Shown here: positions 36,740-49,399 of the stretch, piece after piece | How the letters are laid out: every line of letters begins with the position of its first letter | Numbering within the stretch: position 1 is the stretch's first letter | From: Orbicella franksi | Taxonomy: Eukaryota | Reading direction: 5' to 3' | Assembly (NCBI GenBank): GCA_964199315.1 | Contig: OZ116707.1 | Coordinates: 16,306,001-16,370,000, forward strand | DNA: 64,000 nucleotides | Position numbers and translations under genes: made by a program | Notes under the pieces: generated by a model | What the model saw: the letters and a program-made list of their open reading frames with translations, nothing else | Databases searched by the model: none | What the model was told of the DNA's origin: nothing

Positions 36740-39127
36740 CCGTAGTTTCTCGGTTATAAGGCGCACTCGGCTATAAGACGCACCCCAAACTTGGCAACTT
36801 AATCATGCAAAGTTCCCAAACTGAAAATTATGTGAAAATACTCGGTTATAAGACGCACCAAGAAATGAAGAGTTCATAAAGATAAAATTTTATTCTCTTG
36901 GCACAATTAGCACGCGAACTCTCTGTAAACGTGAACAAATGTCAACAAAAGTGAAAAAGTCACACATTTAATGATATACATGAAAACAAAAGCTAAAAGT
37001 TCGCACCTCTAATGATAAACTTGAGTGTAAACAAACAACGCATACACGTTAATTTCAGCTTTCCTGCTCAGGAAACATATTTCGTTTTTTATAAAGATTC
37101 TAATAAATATTCAACGATCCGAGTTGGTATTATAAAAACATCACCAAGCCGAACTTAAACACAGTTGCAAAACTTACTGATACGTTCTCATCGTAAACAG
37201 TCAAATCTCAATCGTAAATATGCCAAGCTCTCACCGTCATTCGTATGACCTCAACTTCAAGTTGAAAATCGTTGCAGAGGCCAAGGCGGTAAACAACAAC
37301 CGTGAAATCGCTTGTGAATACGGCATTTCAGAATCCATGGTTAGGAAATGGTATAACCAACAACACGTTTTGTTTTCCGGCGAGCTGCGGATGACAGCAA
37401 AGCGTGCATCTATGGGACGCTTCCGACCGAAGTATGCTTAGATGGATCAGCAATTAGCCGACTGGTTCAGCGATCAGCGAAGTCAAGGTAAGCATTGTTG
37501 AGTTTATTTTTCCATTTCCAGTAATCTGGAGTAATGTGCTTGTCACTGATGATCCATAAATCTGTTTATGTTCATTGTATTTGATCAAGGAACTGACATT
37601 TTATTTTAATTGTTGTTGCAGGTCTGTCAGTTAGCGGCATGATGCTTCGACTCAAGGCAAAAGAACTCAGCACCGACCCTGAATTTAAAGCATCCGATGG
37701 CTGGTACACGAACTGGAAACGTCGCCACTCCATCTCCATGAGAGTGAAGACCACTCTTGCTCAACGACTCCCGGCCGACATGGAAGACAAGGTCATCCAA
37801 TTTCATCGATTCATCCTGAGATCTCGCCAGCGTTGGGGGTATGATTTAAGTCGTATCCTCAATATGGACGAAACGCCAATGCGGTTTGAGCTGCCAGCCA
37901 CCAGAACCTTGGAGTTCACCGGGAATAGAACAGTTCCAGTGTTGTCATGCGGTGCCAACAAGCAGAGTTTCACAGTTGCACTAACGGTGAAAGCGAACGG
38001 CGAGAAACTTCCGCCGAAGGTCATATTCAAAGGAGTTCGACAGCTGAAAATCAACATGCCACCAAGGATGCAGATCTCCGTTCACAAGAAGGGCTGGATG
38101 GACGAAGAAGGTAAGCTAAAACACTGTTTATTCTGAGCAGCATCTTTTCGACAAGTGAGCGAGACGAGTACACTTCTTGTTTCTCAGAAACGAGATTTGA
38201 ATTTCATTGTTGACGTATGGTGTTACCTAGCATGTGCTGTTTAGCACGTACGCGCGTATGCAAATTTCAGTTTGTTAGCTTTTCTCGTGCAGTTGTTTAA
38301 CACAATGCGGCCTTGATAATAAAGCTTTCTAGCATTCTAAGACTGTATTTCTTATTAATTTCTAGGAGTAATGGAGTGGGTTCGACGCAATCTTCGGTAC
38401 ACCCCAGACCAAAGAGCTCTCCTCGTGTGGGATTCATTCCGAGGGCATTTGACAAACGCCGTGAAAGATCTTCTGGCGAGGCGAAACGTAGAAGTCGCAG
38501 TTATTCCTGGTGGACTTACGCCCGTGTTGCAGCCCCTGGACAAGTGTATCAACAAACCTTTTAAGACCAAGGTGCGATCCCAATACCAGACTTGGATGGT
38601 GAACGGTCCGTTCACTTACACTCCGTCGGGGAAGAAGCGTGCGCCGAGCAAAGAACTGGTTTTGCAGTGGATCCAAAAGGCATGGCAAGAGATACCCGCT
38701 GATTTGATCGCGAACTCATTCAAGTGCTGTGGAATATCAAATGCTCTGGACGGCACCGAGGACGAAGCTGTGTGGGACAAAGAAGAAGCTGGAGACGAGG
38801 AAGCAGATGATGAACTGGAGAACAAGTTTGACACGGATAGCGAGGAGGAAGACTAGACATCAATAAATTTCAAAACAACAACAACGGCTCTTTTCAGAGC
38901 CACCCGGTTCTTTTCAGAACCACCAAATCTTAAAAAAGTCAATGACCAATGTTTAGTGTCTTTTATTTGTCTAGTGTTAACTGTAAGTTCCGGTAAAATT
39001 GCTGTCGTTAGATTTTTTGTGCGAAAATATTCGGCTATAAGGCGCACCCCAATTTTGGCAAAAACTTCCCAAGAAAAAACAGATTTTCCTCGAAAAAACC
39101 GTGCGTCTTATAACCGAGAAACTACGG
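36740..39127 (+). mobile_element. pogo-family DNA transposon (2388 bp)
   Basis: 27 bp TIR CCGTAGTTTCTCGGTTATAAG(G/A)CGCAC, TA TSD at 36738-36739 and 39128-39129, extra internal TATAAG(A/G)CGCAC copies. Confidence 0.93.
37220..38856 (+). pseudogene. pogo transposase (Brinker-type DBD, CENP-B HTH, DDE_1), exons 37220-37487, 37622-38110, 38366-38856; one nonsense codon at 37439-37441
   Basis: RHSYDLNFKLKIV...ISESMVRKW; FKASDGW; NMDETP, LLVWDSFRGH, LQPLDKCIN; phase-1 GT-AG introns join in frame. Confidence 0.88.
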
Positions 39128-39523
39128 TACTTTAGGTTTGGTTTTGAAGTCATGTAAGCAGAAGCCAATCAGGTCCGGTTCAGTTCAAAACTGTCTTGTT
39201 CCTTGTAAACATAAAATCAATGAAGTGAAGTGAACTTCACTTTGTTTCCAGGTATCTATTCTCAAAGGTTGAAGTAAATAGCAAGGTACATGCATCTACA
39301 TCTGGGTTCAAGATTCAAGATTCAAGATATTAATATCAACTGTAACTATCAAATACATGTGCCCAACTAGGGGTGTGACCCAACAGACTCTAGATCGGGC
39401 TAAGAAAACTCGACCATTTGAGCGTCAAATATTATTACTTCAGTGTATACTGTTAATAAATAATGTGTATAAAAATCAGAAATATCCTTATAATTTAACA
39501 GTAAACAATCCTAATATACTACC

Positions 39524-40619
39524 CTAGTTATGCCTCTCTTGAGCTTGCTTGAGCTCGCAACCTCTTTGGATTTCTTTACGTAGAGCCTTACCTTTAGATT
39601 GCTTTGCTTTAATTTTAAAGTCTTGTATGATGTCCTTGGCTAAAGAGAACGAGCGAACCCTAAGGTACAAATTTACAATACTGTGTAGGACATCTTTACT
39701 AACATTCTTAGTGGGAACCAGTTCAGCATCTGAAACCATAGTTTGGTAGTTCGATACCACATCACTATCAGACTGACTTCTGAGCTATTCCAGCAATGTC
39801 CACTCGTTGCAAACCACCAGCAACTTTCAAAGTTGACTGTCTGAAATAATGTTCGGTCCTAGAAAATATGAATTGTGCAGACTCTGTTATAGGCCAGAGA
39901 CCACTGCAGTCCAAACTGGAAACCAGCCTTTGTGAAGCAGAGCCATACTCCAATTTCCCAGCTTTGAGGATAGCCATTGCCTGCTGGCTTTCATTTGAAA
40001 ACTTTCTTCCACAATTTTAGTGAAGATTGTGCAATACATACCCACCCAAATACTGCAGCCCAGCCTTCTCTTTCTCTGATAAGACAGTTTTGGATGAACA
40101 CTGTTGTCATGAGATGACTTCATATGCTTGCAATGTGCGAGCATACTATCAGCCACTTTAATTACTAGCAATGTAGCTGCATTTCGGGATAACCCTCTAA
40201 AAAAGCTTTTAGATTTCAGTGGAATCTGGGCATAATATTTCTCATAAAACTTTTCTCTGTCTCCCTTCTTTAAGTATGCATCAAACAGTATTTTAAACAC
40301 GGAAAATTCCTCAGTTTCAGTAAGCTGTCCGTCCTCATAGTGCTTGAATTCGTCCCGTAAGTCAGCGTTTTTATTCCTTTTCATTGCAGAAACATTTACC
40401 AATTACCTTGAACAGACAAACTAGAGGTTGTTTATATAGCAACCGAGCTCGCATTCCACTCCAGCCGAAACAAAAGCAGAGAATTTTTAGATTATTTGTA
40501 CTTACATCACTTACTGAGCTTTCAAATTGCTTCTCCAAGTCTTCATCGCCTTCTAGGATATCCAGAATGGCTTCGAAATCTTCCCCGAAGAGGTAGAGAT
40601 CATTCATACTGTCCGCCAT
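39524..40619 (-). pseudogene. Second, convergent gene of the P-like element (unknown function), frameshifted
   Basis: ATG at 40619 inside the subterminal repeat, exon 1 40619-40506 ending at GTAAGT; then [46 protein letters not shown]. Confidence 0.6.
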
Positions 40620-42119
40620 CTTGTTTTGAGTGTGCAGGGTCAGTATCACGTGATGGGTCAGTTTAACATCAGAGAGCCACTATTGTTTTGGTCCTTTGAA
40701 GTTCGCCGAGTTTCCTAACCAGTCTCCTCTACTAACTATGCTCTAAGGGTCATTGACAGCATGGTAATTCCTGATAATTTGTCTGAGAATGACCAGAAAC
40801 TTTTACAATCTTTAACTTTAGTTGAAGATGAAATCAATGAACTGGAAACTCAAACAAGGAAATGAACTGAATGCTCAAAATGGAAGGAAGATAGAAAATT
40901 CAGATTTACAGCGTCACAATATCATTTGATTTCGAAACGACAAAGAAACCACACTACATTTGCTGAGCAACTGATGAATTCCACACCAGCTTCTTCTAAA
41001 TATTTAGAACATGGCAAAAAGTTTGAACCAGTTGCTCTAATGGAGTATGAGAAGTTCATGTTCAACAGGACACCTGTTAAGGTACTGCCCTGTGGACTTG
41101 TGGTATCAAAAGGATGTCCAGTTTTAGGTGCTACCCCTGATGCACAAGTAGTTGACTTTGGCTGTACTGATTACTTTGGGATAGCAGAAGTTAAATGCCC
41201 ATACACCAAGTATCAGGTCACACCCCTTGATGCTTGTACAGATGCAAAGTTCTTCATGGAACAGACCAGTGTTTTGGGGTGTAAATTAAAGGAAGACCAC
41301 CCCTACTATGCAACAGAATGCACATACTGCCCACATCTGGTTTACAATTCCCATTTAATGTGGTGGAACAACTCTGTCCCATATGTGAAAATTCTTAATC
41401 TTGTTGATGGCACGTTTAACATGCAATTTCCTGCAAAATATTCTCCCTGTATAATTTCTTGAGTGCCTTTGTTGCAAAATTTTATTGCTATCTATAGAGT
41501 AGAATAATCGTAAATTTTACATTTGTCAAAGTACCGCTCAACAACTACAACATTTTTGTTCGTTGAACCAAACTGAGAGTTGCTCTTCAAGGAGCATGCC
41601 AGAAGAGCCCCATCTTTTTATTATATAAACTTATACCTCTGGTGTTCTCTGAAGATGAGCTAGCTAATTCCTGAGGCCTTGGAATTCCCACCATCACTAC
41701 TAAATCCGCAACTTCCAAGCAGTCCATTGCAAAGTTGCCATTGGATAGCTACAAAGTGGCAGCTTGTAAGGGTATGATGACCAAGTCACGTGACATTTGG
41801 CTGCTGAGCAAGGTTTCGTGGTCAGGGGAATGTTTTGGCTTGCGAAGTTATTATACCGCCACATGTTGCTCTATTGGTAAGAGTTGCTTTTATCTGCTTG
41901 CCTTCATTTGTGCTGATTTGACCTTATCATATTTCCGCAATTCACAGAATGTTTGATGGCGTTCCACATCCAAAACAAGGAAGCATATTCTAACACCAAG
42001 GAGGTGAATTCAGCTTTCACACAGCAGATCACTTATGCAGAAAGAGAAGCCTATGGTAGATAAGAGTAGGCTAAAATATCCTTTAAAAAAATTCCCCTTT
42101 TCCTTTTGTTTATTATAAT

Positions 42120-42980
42120 TAGGGGAGATGATTTCAGGAAAGATTATTGCCAATTGGCAACGCTGTGTGAAACGTTTCCACAAGTGCCAGTTGTTACATG
42201 AACTGTAACAGCAAGTAAAGTGGATGACAAGGCAATTAAGGATTCCTCAACTATGAAAAATCCACTGAAAGTGAAGAGATAGGGGATCCAAACAGACCAA
42301 AGATTTCTTACAAGGTATTCCATAACGGCAGTGACATAGACTTTTTCCAAGAACTACTGAGGCCTATGGCAAGTCAATTGAAAGAAACAATTGGAAGAAA
42401 TCAAATTAAATTATCTGTTGACAATAGATGCCTTTGCTTAAAATGGTGCGGGTTTGCATTCAATTTTTTTAAAAAACCACATGGAAAGGGAAAGTACTAT
42501 CCCTTAGAAGCTAAAGCCTTGCCTGAAAATAGACTGTTCGCAGAGAACCATGCCCCACAGACGACTGCAATGAAGGATCAGATCCTGACGAAATTGGCCT
42601 TACCAGTGTCTAAAGTCAGAATAACATTTGCAACTGTGGCCATGGGAATGGGTGTTGGTATCCCATCCATAAGGTGCATTATTCATGTTGGTCCACCAAG
42701 TATGATCCGAGAGTATTTTCAAGAAACTAGAAGAGCAGGTCAAGATGGAAAGCCTGCAAATGCGATACTGCACTACAACAATCACAACATTGCTAACAAT
42801 CAAGAAGGAATGAGTGAGGACATCAGGACATCTGTCACCTAGAGATTGCCTGCCTAAGAAAATTACTTTTGAATTGTCTTGATGCCAGTGGACCAGGTGC
42901 AAAAGTTGCAGTTCACTTTTGTTGTACCTATTGTAAATTTAAGTGCGATTGTCTAGATTGTCTCGATGATATGCAGTGAA
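42120..42980 (+). pseudogene. RecQ-like helicase C-terminal half, decayed
   Basis: DFRKDY, RLFAENHA, VRITFATVAMGMGV, IIHVGPP..IREYFQETRRAGQDG, terminal Cys cluster. Confidence 0.7.
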
Positions 42981-43149
42981 ATGCATATGGGGTTTATCTT
43001 GTGTCTTATTGAAATTTGGGTATTGATTATGATACAATGGGAATAGTCTATTTATAGAGAGCACAGTCCTTGTGAGTCAATGAGTCGGTTTTTAAATTTC
43101 AAATTGTTCTCTGTGTGTCTAAGTCTCTCCAGTATCTTTTTATAAAACC

Positions 43150-43410
43150 CATTCATGACATTTACAGTGGAATGGATCCGAATGTGAAGCCAGACTTTGG
43201 TTGACACTCTTGATCATGCCAACCCTCAATTCTATGCTGGATTATATGTTGCTGTCATAACATTGTTGATGTATCCTGTGTCAACTTGCACTGCTGAGGG
43301 TAGCTTCAGCAATATGAAGAGATTAAAAACTCCTTTACGAAGTACCATGACAGATGGGAGATTGAGCTCTTTAGCAATTCTGCACATTCAAAAGCACAGT
43401 GACTGATTTG
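43150..43410 (+). pseudogene. hAT transposase dimerisation-domain fragment
   Basis: LLMYPVSTCTAEGSFSNMKRLKTPLRSTMTDGRLSSLAILHI matches the hAT C-terminal pattern PVSTxxxERSFSxxxRLKTxLRSTM. Confidence 0.75.
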
Positions 43411-44051
43411 ACATTGATGATGCTCTATTGCCCATATGAAGGGTCTGTCTTGCCCTTTGCTTTTAAACCCCATGTTTATACCATTGTTTTACCCCCTGTT
43501 TTTGCTGTAGATTGTTGAAAACTCTAGAGATGGGTGAAATAAACAACTAACTACTGCATTTTCCCTTGCATTTCTTTACTGAAATGTCAGTCGGAAATAA
43601 CGGGAATGGCACTTCAGAGACCCCAGATTTTAAATTTTCTGGGGGAGCATGCCCCCAAATCCGCACAGTTTGGAGCACCTTTGCACTCAAATTTTCTTTT
43701 TGTGGGTAGACCTTCAAAATCACGCTACGCCCCTGCATTGCAATTCTTTACTTTATACTAATGTCCCAAGCCCAGGGGAGGAAAGCACATTTCAGTGAGG
43801 CCAAATTCAAACCCCCCAAATACCTCTTTCAGTTTTATTTGTGTTCATTTGCAGTCTGCATTTCATGATTGTACAATGTATTTTGTTTTGTTAAAATAGA
43901 ATTGCAAAACTCAAAAACAAAAGCAGCAAACGAATATACATTATTTGTAAAAAAAGCTGCAGCACTGCATGGATATAGTCCAATTATTGAATTTTGCATT
44001 CTGAGGCTTAAATGCCTATTAAAAGATCTTGCAAGCTAAGGGAGCATCTCC

Positions 44052-44300
44052 AAATTCTTATCGGCAACTTGGTTTCCGATGTCAATATCGGCATGTTCCA
44101 ATTCCGATATCTTTATACATGCACTGAAATGTTTCCGTTTGAAAGTCGATTAAATTGGAAGTCAATTGGATAGTTCAAATTCTTATCGGCAATTTGGTTT
44201 CCGATGTCGATATCGGCATGTTCCGATTCCGATATCTTTTGCATGCAACTCGAGAATTTCCGTTTGAAAGTCGATGAAATCTGAAGTCAATTGGATAATC
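44052..44300. repeat. Tandem duplication of an approximately 125 bp unit
   Basis: CAAATTCTTATCGGCAA.TTGGTTTCCGATGTC.ATATCGGCATGTTCC...GAAAGTCGAT...GAAGTCAATTGGATA occurs twice head to tail. Confidence 0.85.
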
Positions 44301-45954
44301 GAATGATGGGCCGAATATTCCAACACGCGGTATTTACACAATTAACTTTATCTTCGTTGTTTATAGTCTGCTCTCGTTTTGCTTGTGCGCCCGGCTAACA
44401 AAAATAATAATTATCAACGGCTGCGAACAGACTACTTCTTTGTGATTTATCTCCATTTTAAATGATACAAAATTGGATGACCTCTTGAACCATTTTCCAT
44501 CATTTGTAAACTGTGATGTATCATTAACTCTAATGAACTTACCGTTGGTGAATTTGGTTCACTAGTTGTTCAACTGTAGATCATTTCGATGCAATCTCTT
44601 AACGTGGAACGCTTCTGCACTAGCTACATTGGTTGAATCACAAACGTTACTCTTCTCCACATCTTTAAGAAATAAACCACAAATGTACTCATGTCACGTG
44701 GTTTTGGCCCATGCACAGATGCAGTGGAATCTCGGTATAAGAAGGGCCAAGGGACTGGCAAAATATGTTTGCCAGTTGCTGTATGTTACAAAATTGCCTA
44801 TGATCAAAACTACATGTATCTTGTTCTTGCCAGTCGCACGCTTTTGCGTGTCTTCCATAATGCATGGCTGCCCCATGTCAAGAGGAAATCCATTGAAATT
44901 GATGCTTGACATGTTTAGTTTGTCGGCGCCAGTGCAGGGTTATTGCATCAACAAAGGCAGGCTGTATGAAAATAATGTTAGCTTGTGCTGTGAATACACT
45001 ATTCTTACAAGTGAAAATTGAATGCTTCTTTTAATAATCATTGTCATTACAATAAAAGAAATTGTTTCAGTAAATCTGTATGTGTCTAGCTATTATTCAG
45101 CTGTACTTCATAAGAACCTTTCCTTCGTACTCAGCTCAGTTGAGTACATCCTCAATTTGAAGAGAAAAGGTAAAAACTGAGAAGCTAATTTTATTTCAAC
45201 TGAAAAAAACCAACCTTGGCAGAAGTAAGTAATTTCATCAGTTTGAACGTGTACGTGTAATTTTATTTTCAATTTCAGTTTGAACATTTTTTTTTGTATC
45301 ACTTCACATTTCACCTCAGTGCTGGGCTTATTGTAGTTGTTATTGCGATTGATATTAGGGTTTCCTAAAGTACATTATGGATCAATCTATGTTAGAAGAG
45401 GAGTTTGATGACACTTGGATGTTCTTGGGATCAACTGAGGAGGATGAAGATGGTCTCAGTGGTATGAGTCAGTTATTCCTTTCATTCTTTCAATTTTAAT
45501 TTTCATGTGCATTTACGAGCAAATTTTATCAATCTTGAAAAAAAATTGGCTATCTCTAAAATGAGGAATGGGGAATCGACGAACGGGGAACAGGGAATCT
45601 CTAAAAGGGGGAATCTCTAAAAGGGGGAATCTCTAAAAGAGGAAATCTCTAAAAGGGGGAATCTCTAAAAGAGGGAAGCTCTAAAATGGGGAAGCTCTAA
45701 AAGGGGGAATCTCTAAAGGGGGGAATCTCTAAAAGGGGGAATCTCTAAAAGAGGGAATCTCTAAAAGAGGGAATCTCTAAAAGGGGGAATCTCTAAAAGG
45801 GGGAATCTCTAAAAGGGGGAATCTCTAAAAGGAGGAATCTCTAAAAGGGGGATCTCTAAAAGGGGGAATCTTTAAAAGTGGGAATCTTTTAAACGGGGAA
45901 TCTTTAAAAGCGGGAATCTTTAAAGCAGAAATCTATAAAAGTGGGAATCTTTAA

Positions 45955-48525
45955 GAGCAGCTTCATCTAAATATCAACTTGACTTGGAAATAGCGAAAAC
46001 ATCGAATTTCTTCAAACTCGCCCAGAATGAAGCACTACAGGCACTAGTTACAAAAATATTGTTTTAATTTTGATAAATCAAAAATCATTTTTTTCTGCAA
46101 TTTTTTCGTTTCGATACCCCAAATCGGCCAAAATCCATCGAAAATGAGCGGCATATTCAGAGGCTCGTAAACTCAAAAGCAAAAATCTTCATTACAAACT
46201 GATTGCACGTCGTATTTGTACTTCCTCTCTTGTCTATTTAGAGCTAAATAGATCTTGATTTGATTAGAACTTAAATATTTGACGAATTTCCTAAATTAAC
46301 GACCCAAGACAGCTTTACAAGAGGTCTACATTTAGCCTATTTTCAAATGCTAAAAAGGCATTCTGGTACACGGCTTTTCCCAAAACGACTAGTTTGGTCC
46401 GAAAGAGCATTGTTTCTTCAAATTACTGAAATAAAATTTTTGGGTAAATAAAATCGCGAGTGCTGAGATAGCGAACTAAATGGAGCACTTCTTCCTGAAA
46501 ACGTGACCTTTGACCCAAGTGTAACAAAACCGATTACTGCAAGAAAACCCGGAAGAAAAGCAAACGCTTCGTTATTTTGAAACAATTTCTAGTGATATCT
46601 CTCCGAAACCATGATTGCAAGAAACTATTTCCAGATATGAAATCTTACAGGGTCAAAGAAGGAGCTAAAGGGCGCATTTTGACACAATAACTTTGTTTGC
46701 TGAGAATTGAATTGCAGTCAATTCCAGTGAAATTGCAAACGTGATGTATGTTAGCCGATACTTACCTGAATATTTATATTAATAGAAGAGTTGTCTTCTT
46801 GGATTAACCTTCAAAAGAAGCTGGATCCAGATTTGGAAACCTCTTAAAGAAGAAATGTTTGATATTCCGTGACCTGCCCGATGCTATAAATTCCATGCAC
46901 ATGCCAACCGCATGTTTGTCGTAAAACCAACTGAACTCCACTGACAGTTTCCATGGGCAACCCCAAAATAAACAATCCCCAAAATTGTAAAGTGAAATTG
47001 GCTGTCTTCATGAACAGTTAGAAGCTAGAGTCAAGTTCCATTACCTTTAAAAAGTGCTTGATTTTGTTTGTTTGCGTCGACTTTGTTCACTACTCTCACG
47101 TTCGAATGCCGCGAATCAGTCATGCCAAAACAGTGCAGACCGTACAGACTGCAGACACTTGTTTGGGCTTTTCATTGTGACTCCTTTTTTGGGTCTAGTT
47201 ACAAAATAGTGTTAAATATATATGAAAGTTTGTCATTTATCCACAGGCTGCACAAGCACAGTATTTGACTTTTGATTCAAAAGACAAACGCATACAAGAC
47301 TTTGTATGGGAAACTTACTCAGTCTGCACGGTCTACATTGTTTTGGCGTGACTGATACTACGGAGTATTCGAACGCGACAGTAACTACTGAGTGAACAAA
47401 GTAGAATTAAGCACTTTTAAAAGGTAATGGAACTTGACTCTAGCTTCTAACTGTTCATGAAGACAGCCAATTTCACTTTACATTTTTTGGGATTGTTTAT
47501 TTTGGGATTACCCATGGAAACTGTCAGAAGAGTTAAGTGAGTTTTACGACAAACATGCGGTCGGCATGGGCATGGAATTTAAGCTAATTTTTATAGCAGC
47601 GGGCAGGTCACAGAACATTAGACATTTCTTCTTTAAGAGGTTTCCAAATCTGGATCCAGCTTCTTTTGAAGGTTAATCCAAGAAGACGACTCTTCTATTA
47701 ATATAAATATTCAGGTAAGTATCGGCTAACATACATCACGTTTGCAATTTCACTGGAATTGACTGCAATTCAATTCTCAGCAAACAAAGTTATTCTGTCA
47801 AAATGCATCCTTTAGCTCCTTCTTTGACCCTGTAAGATTTCATATCTGGAAATAGTTTCTTGCAATCATGGTTTCGGAGAGATATCACTAGAAATTGTTT
47901 CAAAATAACGAAGCATTTGCTTTTCTTCTGGGTTTTCTTGCAGTAATCGGTTTTGTTACGCTCAGGTCAAAGGTCACGTTTTCAGGAAGAAGTGCTCCAT
48001 TTAGTTCGCTATCTCAGCGCTCGCGATTTTATTTACCCAAAAATTTTATTTCAGTAATTTGAAGAAACAATGCTCTTTCGGACCAAACTAGTCGTTTTGG
48101 GAAAAGCCGTGTACCAGAATGCCTTTTTAGCATTTGAAAATAGGCTAAATGTAGACCTCTTGTAAAGCTGTCTTGGGTCGTTAACTTAAAAAATTCGTCA
48201 AATATTTAAGTTCTAATCAAATCAAGATCTATTTAGCTCTAAATAGACAAGAAAGGAAGTACAAATACAATGTGCAATCAGTTTGTAATGAAGATTTTTA
48301 CTTTTGAGTTTACGAGCCTCTGAATATGCCACTCATTTCCGATGGATTTTGGCCGATTTGGGGCATCGAAACGAAAAAATTGAGGGAAAAAATAATTTTT
48401 GATTTATCGAACTTAACACAATATTTTTGTAACTAGTGCCCGTAGGGCTTCATTCTGGGCGAGTTTGAAGAAATTCGATATTTTCGCTATTTCCAAGTCA
48501 AGTTGATATTTAGGCGAAGCTGCTC
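45955..48525. mobile_element. Foldback element with inverted arms of about 1.1-1.2 kb, flanked by TTAA
   Basis: 45955 to about 47065 is the reverse complement of about 47393-48525, with weaker similarity extending inward; TTAA at 45951-45954 and 48526-48529. Confidence 0.9.
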
Positions 48526-49399
48526 TTAAAAGCGGAAATTTGCGAAACGAAATTGCAACGCTCGGCTCGGCTTCCCTTTGCTCGCAAATATTTCTTTTCG
48601 TTCGTTCCACACGCTCTCGCTAGAACGCCTGTTCGCAGGATAAAATACCTTTCAATAAATGCTTTTTAAAAACCAGGTAAAGTTTATTATTAGTAGTTAT
48701 TACTGCCTCTGACATTCAGCAATCTAGCCATTTTACAGGAAATGTCACAGGAACACGCAAAGGTCAAGTTTAAAACTGATCTCCTCAGGGAATATCTCTG
48801 TCAGGTTATATCTGTCAGAATATATATCTCAGGTTTACATGTATATGCCACTTTGTTCCACATGTTGGTCAATGAAAGAAAAACGACAATACGGGATTGT
48901 TATTCGCTGACGAACAAATTTTAACCTACATTTTATCCGGACTTGTTCTTTGTGACCCCTTTCGCTAAGATGTCGCGACAAGATCAGTTGTCATTGTTTA
49001 CTGTGCTTAAACATACCTGGTGAGGTGTTCAATTTCAATTGTTGACAGCCCTAGGTTGTTTAACGTTTTGAAAATTTTGCCGATATGTGCTGAAGTTTAT
49101 TACAGCGTCAGTTTACAGACATAGATTATCTTCCATTGAGGAAATTTCAAACTCCATTACAATAATTTTCTAGTTACAAAAAAATTGAATGGCAGGTGAC
49201 CTGGGAAACCATATGAATGCATGAATCGCCAACTGCTCGCGGAAGGTTTGATTCTAGGCGTCGCATCGGTGGTAAGGAGAGTTTCATGCCAGTTTTTCAC
49301 AATACTTCCTAGAGAAATTATTTGTTCTAGTCAGAGATTTTGGCGGAAATTTGCTCAGTATAATCAGCGATTTCTTGCTAATCCAGACTGCTCTCTGCC

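Larger units (their letters stand above)
27340..40740. mobile_element. P-element-like DNA transposon (13.4 kb including two large nested insertions)
   Basis: TIR of about 45 bp, CATAGTTGGTAGAGACTGGTTAGGAAACTCGGCAAACTTCAAAG versus 40694-40740; 7 bp TSD CTCTAAG at 27333-27339 and 40741-40747; THAP9-like transposase inside. Confidence 0.88.
26220..41340 (+). pseudogene. SAP-like + SWIM + YqaJ (lambda-exonuclease-like) gene, split into about 26220-27339 and 40748-41340 by the P-like element
   Basis: ELKISELKFWLK...LKTKAELVK; SCSCVAGKVGFCDHV; in-frame junction YPRFPLR-VIDSMVIP after removing the insertion; W...R..RFTAS, HGKKFEPVA, LGATPD, EVKCPY, HPYY. Confidence 0.78.

Noticed and set aside
44566-45021. 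151 aa ORF as a gene
   Set aside because: It appears to be a patchwork including a short repeat fragment near 44722-44770 and has no coherent domain.
45595-45950. 16 bp repeat array considered as a CRISPR array
   Set aside because: The units are directly adjacent with no unique spacers, the context is eukaryotic, there are no cas genes, and a mirrored array forms the other arm of a TIR element.
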